Positions 45,254 through 54,637 of a stretch of 64,000 nt of DNA are shown one piece after another. The stretch is from the NCBI GenBank assembly GCA_965652295.1, contig CBFGTS010000001.1:544001-608000 (forward strand). Direction: 5' to 3'. Position 1 is the first letter of the stretch; every line of letters begins with the position of its first letter. The notes under the pieces were generated by a model. That model saw only the letters and a program-made list of their open reading frames with translations. It was not told where the DNA came from and ran no database searches. Source of the stretch: an uncultured Haloferula sp. (GTDB lineage Bacteria > Verrucomicrobiota > Verrucomicrobiia > Verrucomicrobiales > Akkermansiaceae). A program made the position numbers and the translations under genes.

Positions 45254-45278
45254 GGGGCACGCGCGTGGCGCGTGCCCC
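45254..45278 (+). terminator. Strong stem-loop after the PEP-CTERM gene
   Basis: GGGGCACGCGC-GTG-GCGCGTGCCCC, perfect 11-bp stem. Confidence 0.6.
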
Positions 45279-45309
45279 CTTGTATTCCTCAACTCTTCCA
45301 TACGCTGGG

Positions 45310-47796
45310 ATGAAACACTCAGATACCCAAATCCGTGCCCTTCTCGCTCCTCTGGCGCTGGGTCTCATTGGTGCCGCTCAAGCGCAGTTCACCTTGGTCG
45401 ATGACTTCGAAAGCTACACCGCTGGAGTCAACGGCAACACGACGACGCCGCCGTGGGTCCAAGGCTTTCCTGCGGGCGGCGCGAACGCGACCACGACGGT
45501 CATCGGACCCGATGATGCCGCCGGCCAGGCGCTTCGTTATACCCACGCAGGCAGTGGAGGACAGATCAACTACTCCAACGTCGGAACCATCGCCGCCGAG
45601 GGAGCGGTCGGTACGATTTTCTTCCAAGCCTACCTCGACGCCACCGGTTCCGACACCCTGTTCGCTTTCGGCCGTTCCGGACTCGCGGCCTACGGAGATC
45701 TCGCGGTGCTTTTCCGGGTTCCCAGCGATCTGATTGTCGAGGTTCACAACGGTGCCTATGCCAATACGGCAACCACCTTGGCGGCCGACACCCTCTACAA
45801 CTTCTGGGTGGTCATCGACAACGCGGCGAATACAGCGACGCTCTATTATTCGGCGGGAAATTCCCAGGCAACGCCGATCTCCATCCAGGCGGGCTTTGCG
45901 TTCCGCAATGCAACGGCGGGAGACATCTCCACTTTCTACTTGGGAACAAATGGGGGTTCTACCGGCTTCATCGATAATATCTACATCGATGCAACCGGCT
46001 CCAACCTCGCGAATCCGGCTTTCACCGATACGGATGGAGACGGCCTGGATGATGCCTGGGAACTCACCTATGGCCTGGATCCTGACGATGACGGCACCAC
46101 CGGGGAGAGTTCACCGGGTGCCAAGGACGGTCCGAATGGCGCTTTGGGCGACCCGGATGAGGACGAGCTGTCCAACCTCGGCGAGTATCAGGCAGGAACG
46201 GATCCCCAAGAGCCGGACACGGATGGGGACACGCTCACCGATGGCGAGGAAATCGCCGGCACTTTGAACGCGTTTGCCTCGGGAACCCCGACCGATCCCT
46301 TGCTGGCGGACAGCGATGGCGACGGCGCGAACGATTTCGAGGAAAACGGCTCGCTGAACACGGCTTTTTCCAACGAGCCGACCGATCCGAACGTCGCGGA
46401 CACTGATGGCGACGGCATGGACGATGCCTACGAGCTGCTTTGCAATACTTCCGGTTCGGCGCTCGATCCGAACGACGATGGCAGTGGTGACCCGACACAG
46501 GCTCCCACCGGAGACCGGGACGGAGATGAACTGACCAATTTGGAGGAGTACCAGGCGTTTCCGCAAACCCGGGCCGATCTCGCTGATACCGACGACGATG
46601 GCCTGAGCGACAAGGTCGAGGATTCATTTGGTTCGTGGGGCGATGTGGAAGCGACCGGCACCGATCCCACGAACCCCGACACCGATGGCGATGGCCTACT
46701 CGACGGGGAGGAGAACTTTGATCTGAGCACGTTTAACGGCGGTCCCGGTTTCCCCGGGCAGGGCGTGACGCCCACCAACTCCGACCCGAACCTGGCGGAC
46801 ACGGACTTCGACGGGTTTTTCGATGGCTACGAGGTGGAGCAGGGAACCGATCCCGACGACGCGGCGGATTTTCCCACCCAACCCGAAGGCTTCCAGCTGG
46901 TGGAGGACTTCGAAGGGACGGGCATGGTCATTGGCCAGACGTTCAATGGCGTGAACGGTTGGGTGGCCCAAATTTCGGATGCCGCGGTGGTGGAGGATGA
47001 GCCGATCGCCGGCGGCGATCAGATCGGCTCCTTCGTCCGGCCCACGGGGCAGGCTCCGTCGTCACTCTATCGCTCGATCGCGAACCTGGGATATCAGGTG
47101 CTCGAGGGCAACACGGGCACGTTGTTCATGCAGCTTTACGTCCCGATCGGCGGCGTGGACAACAGCTTCGGATTCTCCGACGTGTCCGCTCCGGGCTTCG
47201 ACTTCGGGGCATATGAAGCGCAGCTCGTCATGGCGGGTGCGGCGAATGAACTCCGGGTGCGCGATGCCGGAGCCTTCCGGGTGCGAGGCACCCATCGGGT
47301 GGGCGAGTGGATGAATGTCTGGATCGTGGCGGACAACGGCACGGATACCCTCAGGGTCTTCGTGCAGAGCCCGGCGGCGCAGTCCGGTCAGGTGGAGATC
47401 ACGGACGATTTTGGCACGGATGCATACAACTTCCGAAACGGCACGCTGGAGGCGCTCTCCACTTTGTATTTCGCCCACAATGGCGGGACCGAGCTGCCGG
47501 TGCTCTTCGACAACGTCTATGTCGATCCCGGTGCCTCCAACCTCACCACACCCGCGGCGGCCAAACCCGTTCTGGTCACGGGAGCCCCGACGATCACCGA
47601 TGTGTTTTTCGAGAGCGGCGATCTGAAGATCCGGTTCACGCCCGGCGGAACCGGCTTCACGCTCACCTCCTCGAACGATCTGGTCTCGCCCTTCGTCGAG
47701 GAAACCAACGCGACGTACGACGGGATCGACACCTTCACGGTGCCGGCGTCGGCACTGGCTCCGGAGAGGGATTTCTTCCGGGTGGAGGAGCCCTGA
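45310..47796 (+). CDS. Secreted protein: domain B + Ca-binding DxDxDG (TSP3-like) repeats + divergent domain B + C-terminal FFRV domain
   Basis: Start ATG 45310; near-copy of domain B; many DTDGDG...TDP repeats; second LVEDFEG...FDNVYVD unit; tail SSNDL...RDFFRV. Confidence 0.85.
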   Translation: MKHSDTQIRALLAPLALGLIGAAQAQFTLVDDFESYTAGVNGNTTTPPWVQGFPAGGANATTTVIGPDDAAGQALRYTHAGSGGQINYSNVGTIAAEGAVGTIFFQAYLDATGSDTLFAFGRSGLAAYGDLAVLFRVPSDLIVEVHNGAYANTATTLAADTLYNFWVVIDNAANTATLYYSAGNSQATPISIQAGFAFRNATAGDISTFYLGTNGGSTGFIDNIYIDATGSNLANPAFTDTDGDGLDDAWELTYGLDPDDDGTTGESSPGAKDGPNGALGDPDEDELSNLGEYQAGTDPQEPDTDGDTLTDGEEIAGTLNAFASGTPTDPLLADSDGDGANDFEENGSLNTAFSNEPTDPNVADTDGDGMDDAYELLCNTSGSALDPNDDGSGDPTQAPTGDRDGDELTNLEEYQAFPQTRADLADTDDDGLSDKVEDSFGSWGDVEATGTDPTNPDTDGDGLLDGEENFDLSTFNGGPGFPGQGVTPTNSDPNLADTDFDGFFDGYEVEQGTDPDDAADFPTQPEGFQLVEDFEGTGMVIGQTFNGVNGWVAQISDAAVVEDEPIAGGDQIGSFVRPTGQAPSSLYRSIANLGYQVLEGNTGTLFMQLYVPIGGVDNSFGFSDVSAPGFDFGAYEAQLVMAGAANELRVRDAGAFRVRGTHRVGEWMNVWIVADNGTDTLRVFVQSPAAQSGQVEITDDFGTDAYNFRNGTLEALSTLYFAHNGGTELPVLFDNVYVDPGASNLTTPAAAKPVLVTGAPTITDVFFESGDLKIRFTPGGTGFTLTSSNDLVSPFVEETNATYDGIDTFTVPASALAPERDFFRVEEP

Positions 47797-47816
47797 TCCC
47801 GGGGTAAGGTCTCTGC

Positions 47817-50800
47817 GTGAAACGAAACCAAGCTTCTTCGCGACTTGCGGCCCCGGTCATCCTCGGATGGCTGGGGTTCGGCTCGTGGGCCGTGGCGGAC
47901 TGGAGCCTGATTGAGGATTTCGAGGGGTTCTCACCGGGTGACAGCGGTGGTTTCAGCCAGATTTTCGGCGATCCGGACATCATTTCCGTGGTTTCGGATC
48001 CCTTGGTCGATGGTCTCGGTCTCGGCGTCACGGGAGGCGGCGGCGGCGGTCGGCTGAGCGGAAGCGACGCTCCCTGGGTGATCGCTCCCGAGGGAGGGAA
48101 GGGGACGCTCTTTTTCCAAGCCGCGGCCGTCGCCACGGGCAGCGATCTGCTGTTCGCATTCGGGCGTAGCGGGGTGACGCAGTATTCCTCGCTTTCGGTG
48201 CTCTTCCGCCTGCCCGCGGACCTGATCCTCGAGGTCCACGACGGAGGATACGTCAATACCGGGACCTCGGTCGAACTGAACACGGTTCACAATTTCTGGG
48301 TGGTCATCGACAACGACACCAACCGTTGGGATTTGTACACTTCAACCGGCGCGGATGCTCCTCAGTTGGTTCAAGATGACATCAGCTTCCGCAGCACGGT
48401 TTCCGGAAACATCGACACGATCTACCTCGGGACGAACTCGGGCTCGATCTATGCGATCGACAACATCTACGCCGACTCGGGTAGCGAGAACCTCGGCTTT
48501 CCGCCGATCTCCGCTCTTCAGCCGGTGGCGGAGACCGATGCGGTCGAGGTTGGCGTGGGCGGGGCGATCCGCTTCGATCCGCTGGCGAACGACACGGGCA
48601 GCCTCGACCCCGCTTCTCTGGAAATCATTGCCGCTCCGACGCACGGCACGGCCACGGTTTCGGACGGTCGGATGGTCTATCGGCACGATGGCGGCGTGGC
48701 GGCGACGGACAGCTTCAGCTACCGCGTCGGCAACCTGCCCGGAACGGCCCACGCCGAGGCTGTGGTGGCGGTCTCGATCCATGACGCGATGCGTCTCGCG
48801 AACTCGACGCTCCAGGTCCCGGCCGAGCCGCCCTCCGCGGCCACGGGCACCATGGTGATCGAGGATGCCCTTCCGGGGCTGACCTTTCCCGAGGCGATCG
48901 CCATGACGACCATCCCCGGCAGCCCTGAATCGCTGCTAGTGGCCAGCACCCGCGGCGACATCTGGTATGTACCGGACTCCACCGCTGCCAATCCGACGCG
49001 CCATCTGGTGCTCAATCTCGATTCCCTGACGAATGAAACCCGCGGGCGCAGCATCTATTCACTGGAGTGCTTTCCGGATTTCGCGACCACCGGCCACATC
49101 GTGGTGACCTATCAGGGCGACGCCACCCGGCTACCGCAGCCGACTTCGTCGATCCCGAACCTGGACAAGGATGGCGAGCCCTATTCGACGATCACCTGCG
49201 ACCTGCGGATCTCCCGTTTCACGCTTTCGCCCGCCCATCTCGAGGGGGCGATGGATGGGTTGAGCAGTGGGGAAAACGCGGATGTTCTCGCGACCGAATG
49301 GCCGTATTTGAATCTCGCGGAGCAGGATTTTTTTCACTCGATCAACGACGCCAAATTCGGGCCGGACGGCTACCTCTACGTCAGCTTTGGCGACGAGGGC
49401 GATCAGGGTGCGCCGTACCGGAACACGCAGACCATCACCAAGGACCAGTACAGCTCGGTGATCCGCATCGACGTGGATCCTGCATCGACGAATCCGAAAC
49501 CGAATCCGCACTACGCCATCGCCGTCGGTCCCTTGAATGGCAGTCACAGTCCGAACACGCCGTTCACCGATGCGGCGGTGCAGGAACCCAACTTCCGCGT
49601 GCCGGCGGACAACCCTTTCGTCACCCCGGCCAGGGGCGGAAGCTGGGACGGGTTTTTCAACGGGATCGACCACTCGGCGGTGCTCGATCAGGTCCGCGAT
49701 GAGATTTGGGCGGTGGGCTTGCGGAACCCGTTCAAAATCCACATCGACCAGGAAGAGGGCAGCGGGGAGACCGAGGTGTGGGTTGGCGATGTCGGCAAGA
49801 ACGACCGCGAGGAATTCACCGTGCTGAAGAAAGGCGGCAATGGCGGCTGGGCCTTCTACGAGGGCGAAATCCTCACGCCGGACCTGAACTACACGCCGCC
49901 CGAGCCGGCCGGCTCGAATCCCCATGCGCCGCCGGTTTTCGCCTACCCGCACACCAGCGGCAACAACTCCGCCACCGGCGGCATCGTTTACCACGGCACC
50001 CGGCTCGCTTCGCTGACCGGCCGCTACCTCGCCGGCGACTTCGGCTCCGGCCGCATATGGAGCATCAGCCGCGATGGCTCGTCGGTGGTCGAACTCACCG
50101 GGCTGCGCCAAAGTTCGAATCGCATCGTCGATTTCCATCCCGACCCGATCACAGGGGATATCTTCGTGTTGGAAAACAACACCTGGTCCGGCGGCGCGCT
50201 GCCGCGGGTCTTGCGGATCACCTTGCAGGAGGTGGCGCAGGAGGACTATCCGCAGACGCTCTCCGAGCTGGGCATCTTCGCCGACCTCGCCGACTTCAGC
50301 CCCAATCCCGGGGTGGTGCCCTACGAGGTGAACCTCCGTTTTTGGTCGGACGGCGCGGACAAGTCGCGCTGGTTTTCGATCCCGGACCTCGGCGATACCA
50401 TGGGCTACTCGCGTGATGGCAACTGGAGTTTTCCCGAGGGCATGGTGTGGGTGAAGCACTTCGATTTCGACCTCGACCGGTCGCAGCCGGGCAGCCAGGT
50501 GAAGCGCTTGGAAACGCGGGTGCTCGTCCGCAATGCCGGGGGGGCGTATGGCGTTTCCTACCGCTGGAATGAGGAGGGAACGGGCGCGACGCTGGTGCCC
50601 AATGAGGGGCAGGGATTTCCGATCGACTACACCGAGGCCGATGGATCTCCGGCAAGTCTCACCTGGCAGATCCCGGCGCGGGCCGAATGCATGACCTGCC
50701 ACACCGAGTCCGGCGGTCACGCGCTCAGCATGAACACGCGGCAGTTCAATCGCCCCGCCGCCCTTGCGGGACGCGAGGGCAACCTGCTCGGGCTTCTCTC

Positions 50801-51962
50801 CGATGCCGGCTACCTCGCCGGATTCGCCGACGATCCCGCGACGCTGGAAAAGCACCACCGCCCGGATGAGACGGACATCGATATCGAGGCGCGGGTGCGC
50901 TCCTACCTTGATGTCAATTGCGCCTACTGCCACCAGGCCGGCGGCAGCGCGCCGCCTTCGTGGAATGGCCGGGCGCATCTTTCGCTCGCCCAGACCGGGC
51001 TGCTCTACGGCGCGTTGCTCAGTGAGGGGAGCCCCTCGCTTTCCGATCATCTGATCCGGCCGGGAGATAAGAACCACTCGGCGCTGTGGAACAAAATCAA
51101 CGCCCGCGGTGCGATCAACGGCACCTATAACGGCTACACGCAAATGCCGCCGCTTGGCTCAAACGTTCTCGACGAAGAGGCGATCGCCCTGATCGCCGAG
51201 TGGATCGATCATCACGCGAACGTGGCGCCCGTGCCTGCCAGTGGCAGCCTTGCCGCGGCGGAAGTATCGGAAAACGAACTGGTGGGATACCTGCTTGGAA
51301 CTGCCTCCGCCGCCGATCCCGACGTGCGCGATGGCGTGGCGGATCAATCACAGCTCCGCTACCGGATCGCCGGTGGAAACGAAGCCGGGCTGTTCGGGAT
51401 CGATGAGTCCACCGGCGAACTCGAGGTCAACGGCATTCTCGACTATGAACGGCAAACTCAGTATTTGCTGACCCTCGAGGTGGACGATGGCTTCGAACCG
51501 AACCCGGGCGTAACGCAACACACGGTGGTCATCGATCTGATCGACGAGACCGCACCCGATGCCACTGCGGATGCGAATGGCAACGGCACCTTCGACGTCT
51601 GGGAGCAAACCTTCGGTCTCGGCCTGGACGCTGCGGCCGATACCGACGGCGACGGAGTCCGGGATTTCTTCGAGTTTCTCAGCGGCGGGGATCCGCAAGT
51701 GGCGGACCAGCCGGCCACGTTGGCCCTCTCCCACCGAACCGGTGCCGATGGACAGCGCCTTGCCTGGAACGTCCGCAACGGTCTTGCGCTGGACGAGCAC
51801 TACCAGGTGCAGCTCACCGACGGGCTCGACGTATGGACGCCGCTCGGTGCGGGCCAGTATGAGATTCTCTCCGTCACTCCGGTTTCCGCCGGCGTCTCCC
51901 GGGTTGAGATCCGCGTCCCGGCCTCCGGGCCGCGGCAGTTCCTGCGGCTCTCGGCACCTTGA
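47817..51962 (+). CDS. Secreted multidomain protein: domain B + Ig-like + glucose/sorbosone dehydrogenase-type propeller + two CxxCH + cadherin-like + C-terminal domain
   Basis: FGPDGYLYVSFGDEG, PADNPF, EIWAVGLRNP and GDVG; FWSDGADKSRW; CMTCH and CAYCH; LDYE cadherin motif; tail RQFLRL. Confidence 0.85.
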   Translation: MKRNQASSRLAAPVILGWLGFGSWAVADWSLIEDFEGFSPGDSGGFSQIFGDPDIISVVSDPLVDGLGLGVTGGGGGGRLSGSDAPWVIAPEGGKGTLFFQAAAVATGSDLLFAFGRSGVTQYSSLSVLFRLPADLILEVHDGGYVNTGTSVELNTVHNFWVVIDNDTNRWDLYTSTGADAPQLVQDDISFRSTVSGNIDTIYLGTNSGSIYAIDNIYADSGSENLGFPPISALQPVAETDAVEVGVGGAIRFDPLANDTGSLDPASLEIIAAPTHGTATVSDGRMVYRHDGGVAATDSFSYRVGNLPGTAHAEAVVAVSIHDAMRLANSTLQVPAEPPSAATGTMVIEDALPGLTFPEAIAMTTIPGSPESLLVASTRGDIWYVPDSTAANPTRHLVLNLDSLTNETRGRSIYSLECFPDFATTGHIVVTYQGDATRLPQPTSSIPNLDKDGEPYSTITCDLRISRFTLSPAHLEGAMDGLSSGENADVLATEWPYLNLAEQDFFHSINDAKFGPDGYLYVSFGDEGDQGAPYRNTQTITKDQYSSVIRIDVDPASTNPKPNPHYAIAVGPLNGSHSPNTPFTDAAVQEPNFRVPADNPFVTPARGGSWDGFFNGIDHSAVLDQVRDEIWAVGLRNPFKIHIDQEEGSGETEVWVGDVGKNDREEFTVLKKGGNGGWAFYEGEILTPDLNYTPPEPAGSNPHAPPVFAYPHTSGNNSATGGIVYHGTRLASLTGRYLAGDFGSGRIWSISRDGSSVVELTGLRQSSNRIVDFHPDPITGDIFVLENNTWSGGALPRVLRITLQEVAQEDYPQTLSELGIFADLADFSPNPGVVPYEVNLRFWSDGADKSRWFSIPDLGDTMGYSRDGNWSFPEGMVWVKHFDFDLDRSQPGSQVKRLETRVLVRNAGGAYGVSYRWNEEGTGATLVPNEGQGFPIDYTEADGSPASLTWQIPARAECMTCHTESGGHALSMNTRQFNRPAALAGREGNLLGLLSDAGYLAGFADDPATLEKHHRPDETDIDIEARVRSYLDVNCAYCHQAGGSAPPSWNGRAHLSLAQTGLLYGALLSEGSPSLSDHLIRPGDKNHSALWNKINARGAINGTYNGYTQMPPLGSNVLDEEAIALIAEWIDHHANVAPVPASGSLAAAEVSENELVGYLLGTASAADPDVRDGVADQSQLRYRIAGGNEAGLFGIDESTGELEVNGILDYERQTQYLLTLEVDDGFEPNPGVTQHTVVIDLIDETAPDATADANGNGTFDVWEQTFGLGLDAAADTDGDGVRDFFEFLSGGDPQVADQPATLALSHRTGADGQRLAWNVRNGLALDEHYQVQLTDGLDVWTPLGAGQYEILSVTPVSAGVSRVEIRVPASGPRQFLRLSAP

Positions 51963-52031
51963 GAGAAAAACCGGCCAGGGCTCCTCCATTAGGGAGCGAG
52001 CCGGGCCCTGCTTGGAACAAAATGGTTTTCG

Positions 52032-52123
52032 GGACCAGGATGGATGGGATGAATAGGATGGAAATGCAGGGAACCGCATCCGGCAGCTTCAAAATATCTC
52101 ATCCATCCTATCCATCCTGGTCC
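52032..52123. repeat. Imperfect 28-bp inverted repeat built from GGAT units (REP/MITE-like)
   Basis: Left arm ggaccaggatggatgggatgaataggat (52032-52059); right arm atctcatccatcctatccatcctggtcc (52096-52123); lies between convergent genes. Confidence 0.7.
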
Positions 52124-52201
52124 ACCAACAGCAGTGGTCCTCGTTTTCTCCCTAACGTAGCCCTGGAAAACCGGCGGCTTCGTCCGCGCCATGCGGGCTC
52201 A

Positions 52202-52933
52202 TCAGCCCAGCGTTCCCGTTCCGGAACGGGCGATCTTGATGAAGACCTCATCGAGGTCGCGGCCGGCAAAGCGTTGGGTGATCTCCGCCGTGGTGCCCTC
52301 GGCGAGGATCGTTCCCTCGTGCAGGAAGAGCACGCGGTCGCAGACTTCCTCGATATCGCGCATGTTGTGGGAGGTGTAGAGGATCGCCGGATGGCGTTCG
52401 CGCTGCACGCGGCGGATGAGCTTGCGGACCTTGTCGGCGATGTCGGGATCGAGCGACGCGGTCGGCTCGTCGAGCAGCAGCAGCTCCGGGTCGTTGAGCA
52501 GCGCCTTGGCGAGGTTCACGCGGGTGCTCTCGCCCGCCGAGAGCTGCCCGGTCACCTTGTCGGCGAGGCGCTCGATTTCGAGGATCCCGAGCAGCTCGTC
52601 CACCTTGCGGCGGGGGTTTTTCACACCGTAGAGACGGGCGAAGATTTCGAGATTGGCACGGACCCGGAGGTTCCCGGGAAGGGTCGCGTAGGTGGTGCAG
52701 AAATTGGTGCGTTCGAGGATCTTGATACGGTGCTTGGCGAGATCGAGGCCGAAGACGTGGATCGATCCGGAGGTCGGCGTGATCAGCCCGAGGATCATGT
52801 TCATCAGCGTCGTCTTGCCGGCCCCGTTGACGCCCAGCAGGCCCACCGTCTCGCCCTTCGCCACGTTCAGCGAGACGTGGTTCACGGCGGTGAAGGAGCC
52901 GAAGCTTTTGCGGATTTCGTGGATCTCCAGCAT
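52202..52933 (-). CDS. ABC transporter ATP-binding protein (ABC-2/DrrA-like)
   Basis: GVNGAGKTT, LSAGE, LLLLDEPT and TSH; start moved to ATG 52933 (MLEIHEIRK). Confidence 0.9.
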   Translation of the reverse strand: MLEIHEIRKSFGSFTAVNHVSLNVAKGETVGLLGVNGAGKTTLMNMILGLITPTSGSIHVFGLDLAKHRIKILERTNFCTTYATLPGNLRVRANLEIFARLYGVKNPRRKVDELLGILEIERLADKVTGQLSAGESTRVNLAKALLNDPELLLLDEPTASLDPDIADKVRKLIRRVQRERHPAILYTSHNMRDIEEVCDRVLFLHEGTILAEGTTAEITQRFAGRDLDEVFIKIARSGTGTLG

Positions 52934-53119
52934 GAGGTCGCGGGGCTGGAGGATCTCTGGCGAGAAGAGGGGGAAATGCAACGAAACAATGGGTGCGCGC
53001 GGTTCCGGGGCATCGCTTCGGGAGGGGATTTGCCCTCTTTCTGCACCCTTTGAAGGATGGGGACAGGTGCGGCTTGTCAAAAAGCTGCTCACTTCCGATA
53101 TCCATCCCGCCGACTCCCC

Positions 53120-54637
53120 ATGTTCGAACAAGCCTTCAAAAACCTCGACGACGTCCTCTGGAAGGAGGCCGGCTGCTCGTCGGAACTCGACTACACCGAG
53201 CAAACCTCATGGCTCCTTTTCCTGAAATACCTCGACGACCTCGAACGCGAGAAAGCCCAGCGGGCCGAATTGGTCGGCGAGAAATACGAGTACGTCATCG
53301 ACGACGCCCACGCCTGGTCCACTTGGGCGGCACCGAAGGACGATGACGGGAGGCTCGATCACGACCTCGCCGACACCGGCCCGGATCTGATCGATTTCGT
53401 CAACAACGACCTCTTCCCCTACCTCAAGGGCTTCAAGTCCCGCGCCTCGGCTCCCGACACCATCGAATACAAAATCGGCGAGATCTTCGGCGAGCTGACC
53501 AACAAGTTCCGCTCCGGCTACTCGCTGCGCGACGCGCTCGACCTGATCGACCAGCTCCGCTTCCGCTCGCAGAAGGAGAAGCACGAGCTCTCCGATCTCT
53601 ACGAGACCCGCATCAAGAACATGGGGAACGCCGGGCGCAACGGCGGCGAATACTACACGCCTCGGCCGCTGATCCGCGCGATGATCGCCGTGTCCAAGCC
53701 GAAACTCGGTGAGCGGATCTACGATGGTGCCTGCGGCTCCGCCGGCTTCCTGTGCGAGGCCTACGACTACCTCCGCCACGGGGCGGACGGGAAAAGCGGC
53801 GACAAACTGAGCGCCTCGCAGCTCGAAACGCTCCAGCGCCGCACCCTCTACGGGAAGGAGAAGAAGAGCCTGGCCTACGTCATCGCCATCATGAACCTCA
53901 TCCTCCACGGGATCGAGGCACCGAACATCGTCCACTCCAACACCCTCGCCGACCACGACCCCGACGTGCAGGAGAAGGACCGCTACGACCTGGTGCTGGC
54001 GAATCCGCCTTTCGGCGGCAAGGAGCGGAAGGAAGTGCAGCAGAACTTCCCGATCAAGACCGGCGAGACCGCCTTCCTCTTCCTCCAGCACTTCATCCGC
54101 ATGCTGCGCGCCGGCGGTCGCGGGGCGATCGTGATCAAGAACACCTTCCTCTCGAATTCCGACAACGCCTCGGTGGCCCTGCGCCGCGAGCTGCTGGAAA
54201 GCTGCAACCTCCACACCGTGCTCGATTGTCCCGGCGGCACCTTCCAAGGCGCGGGCGTGAAGACGGTCGTCCTGTTCTTCGAGAAAGGCGCGCCGACCCG
54301 GAAGGTGTGGTACTACCAGCTCGATCCCGGCCGCAACCTCGGCAAGACCAACCCGCTCAACGACGCCGACCTCGCCGACTTCGTCGAAAAGCAGGCCCGC
54401 TTCGCCGACTCCGACCGCAGTTGGTCGGTCAAGCTCGCCGACATCGACCCCGCGACCTGGGACCTGTCGGTGAAGAACCCGAACGTCGAGGAAGAGGACG
54501 CGCTACGGGAGCCGGAGGCGATCATCGCGGAGATCCGGAAGTTGGATAAGGAGAGTGAAGAAGTTTTGTTGTCGATTGCGGCCCTTTTTGGTGAGTGCGA
54601 CAGCAATCTGAAACAACCCGGAGCGACGAGCCGATGA
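53120..54637 (+). CDS. hsdM: Type I restriction-modification N6-adenine methyltransferase
   Basis: GEYYTPR, YDGACGSAGFL and ANPPFGG; start moved to ATG 53120. Confidence 0.95.
   Translation: MFEQAFKNLDDVLWKEAGCSSELDYTEQTSWLLFLKYLDDLEREKAQRAELVGEKYEYVIDDAHAWSTWAAPKDDDGRLDHDLADTGPDLIDFVNNDLFPYLKGFKSRASAPDTIEYKIGEIFGELTNKFRSGYSLRDALDLIDQLRFRSQKEKHELSDLYETRIKNMGNAGRNGGEYYTPRPLIRAMIAVSKPKLGERIYDGACGSAGFLCEAYDYLRHGADGKSGDKLSASQLETLQRRTLYGKEKKSLAYVIAIMNLILHGIEAPNIVHSNTLADHDPDVQEKDRYDLVLANPPFGGKERKEVQQNFPIKTGETAFLFLQHFIRMLRAGGRGAIVIKNTFLSNSDNASVALRRELLESCNLHTVLDCPGGTFQGAGVKTVVLFFEKGAPTRKVWYYQLDPGRNLGKTNPLNDADLADFVEKQARFADSDRSWSVKLADIDPATWDLSVKNPNVEEEDALREPEAIIAEIRKLDKESEEVLLSIAALFGECDSNLKQPGATSR

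Noticed and set aside
46024..46870. Repetitive GAC/GAT/GGC-rich DNA considered as a CRISPR or tandem array
   Set aside because: The repeats are degenerate, in frame and encode DxDxDG calcium-binding motifs; there is no fixed repeat-spacer period and no cas gene.
52934..53203. Upstream extensions of the ABC ATPase and hsdM ORFs
   Set aside because: The extensions overlap each other head to head, while family-typical starts are at 52933 and 53120.
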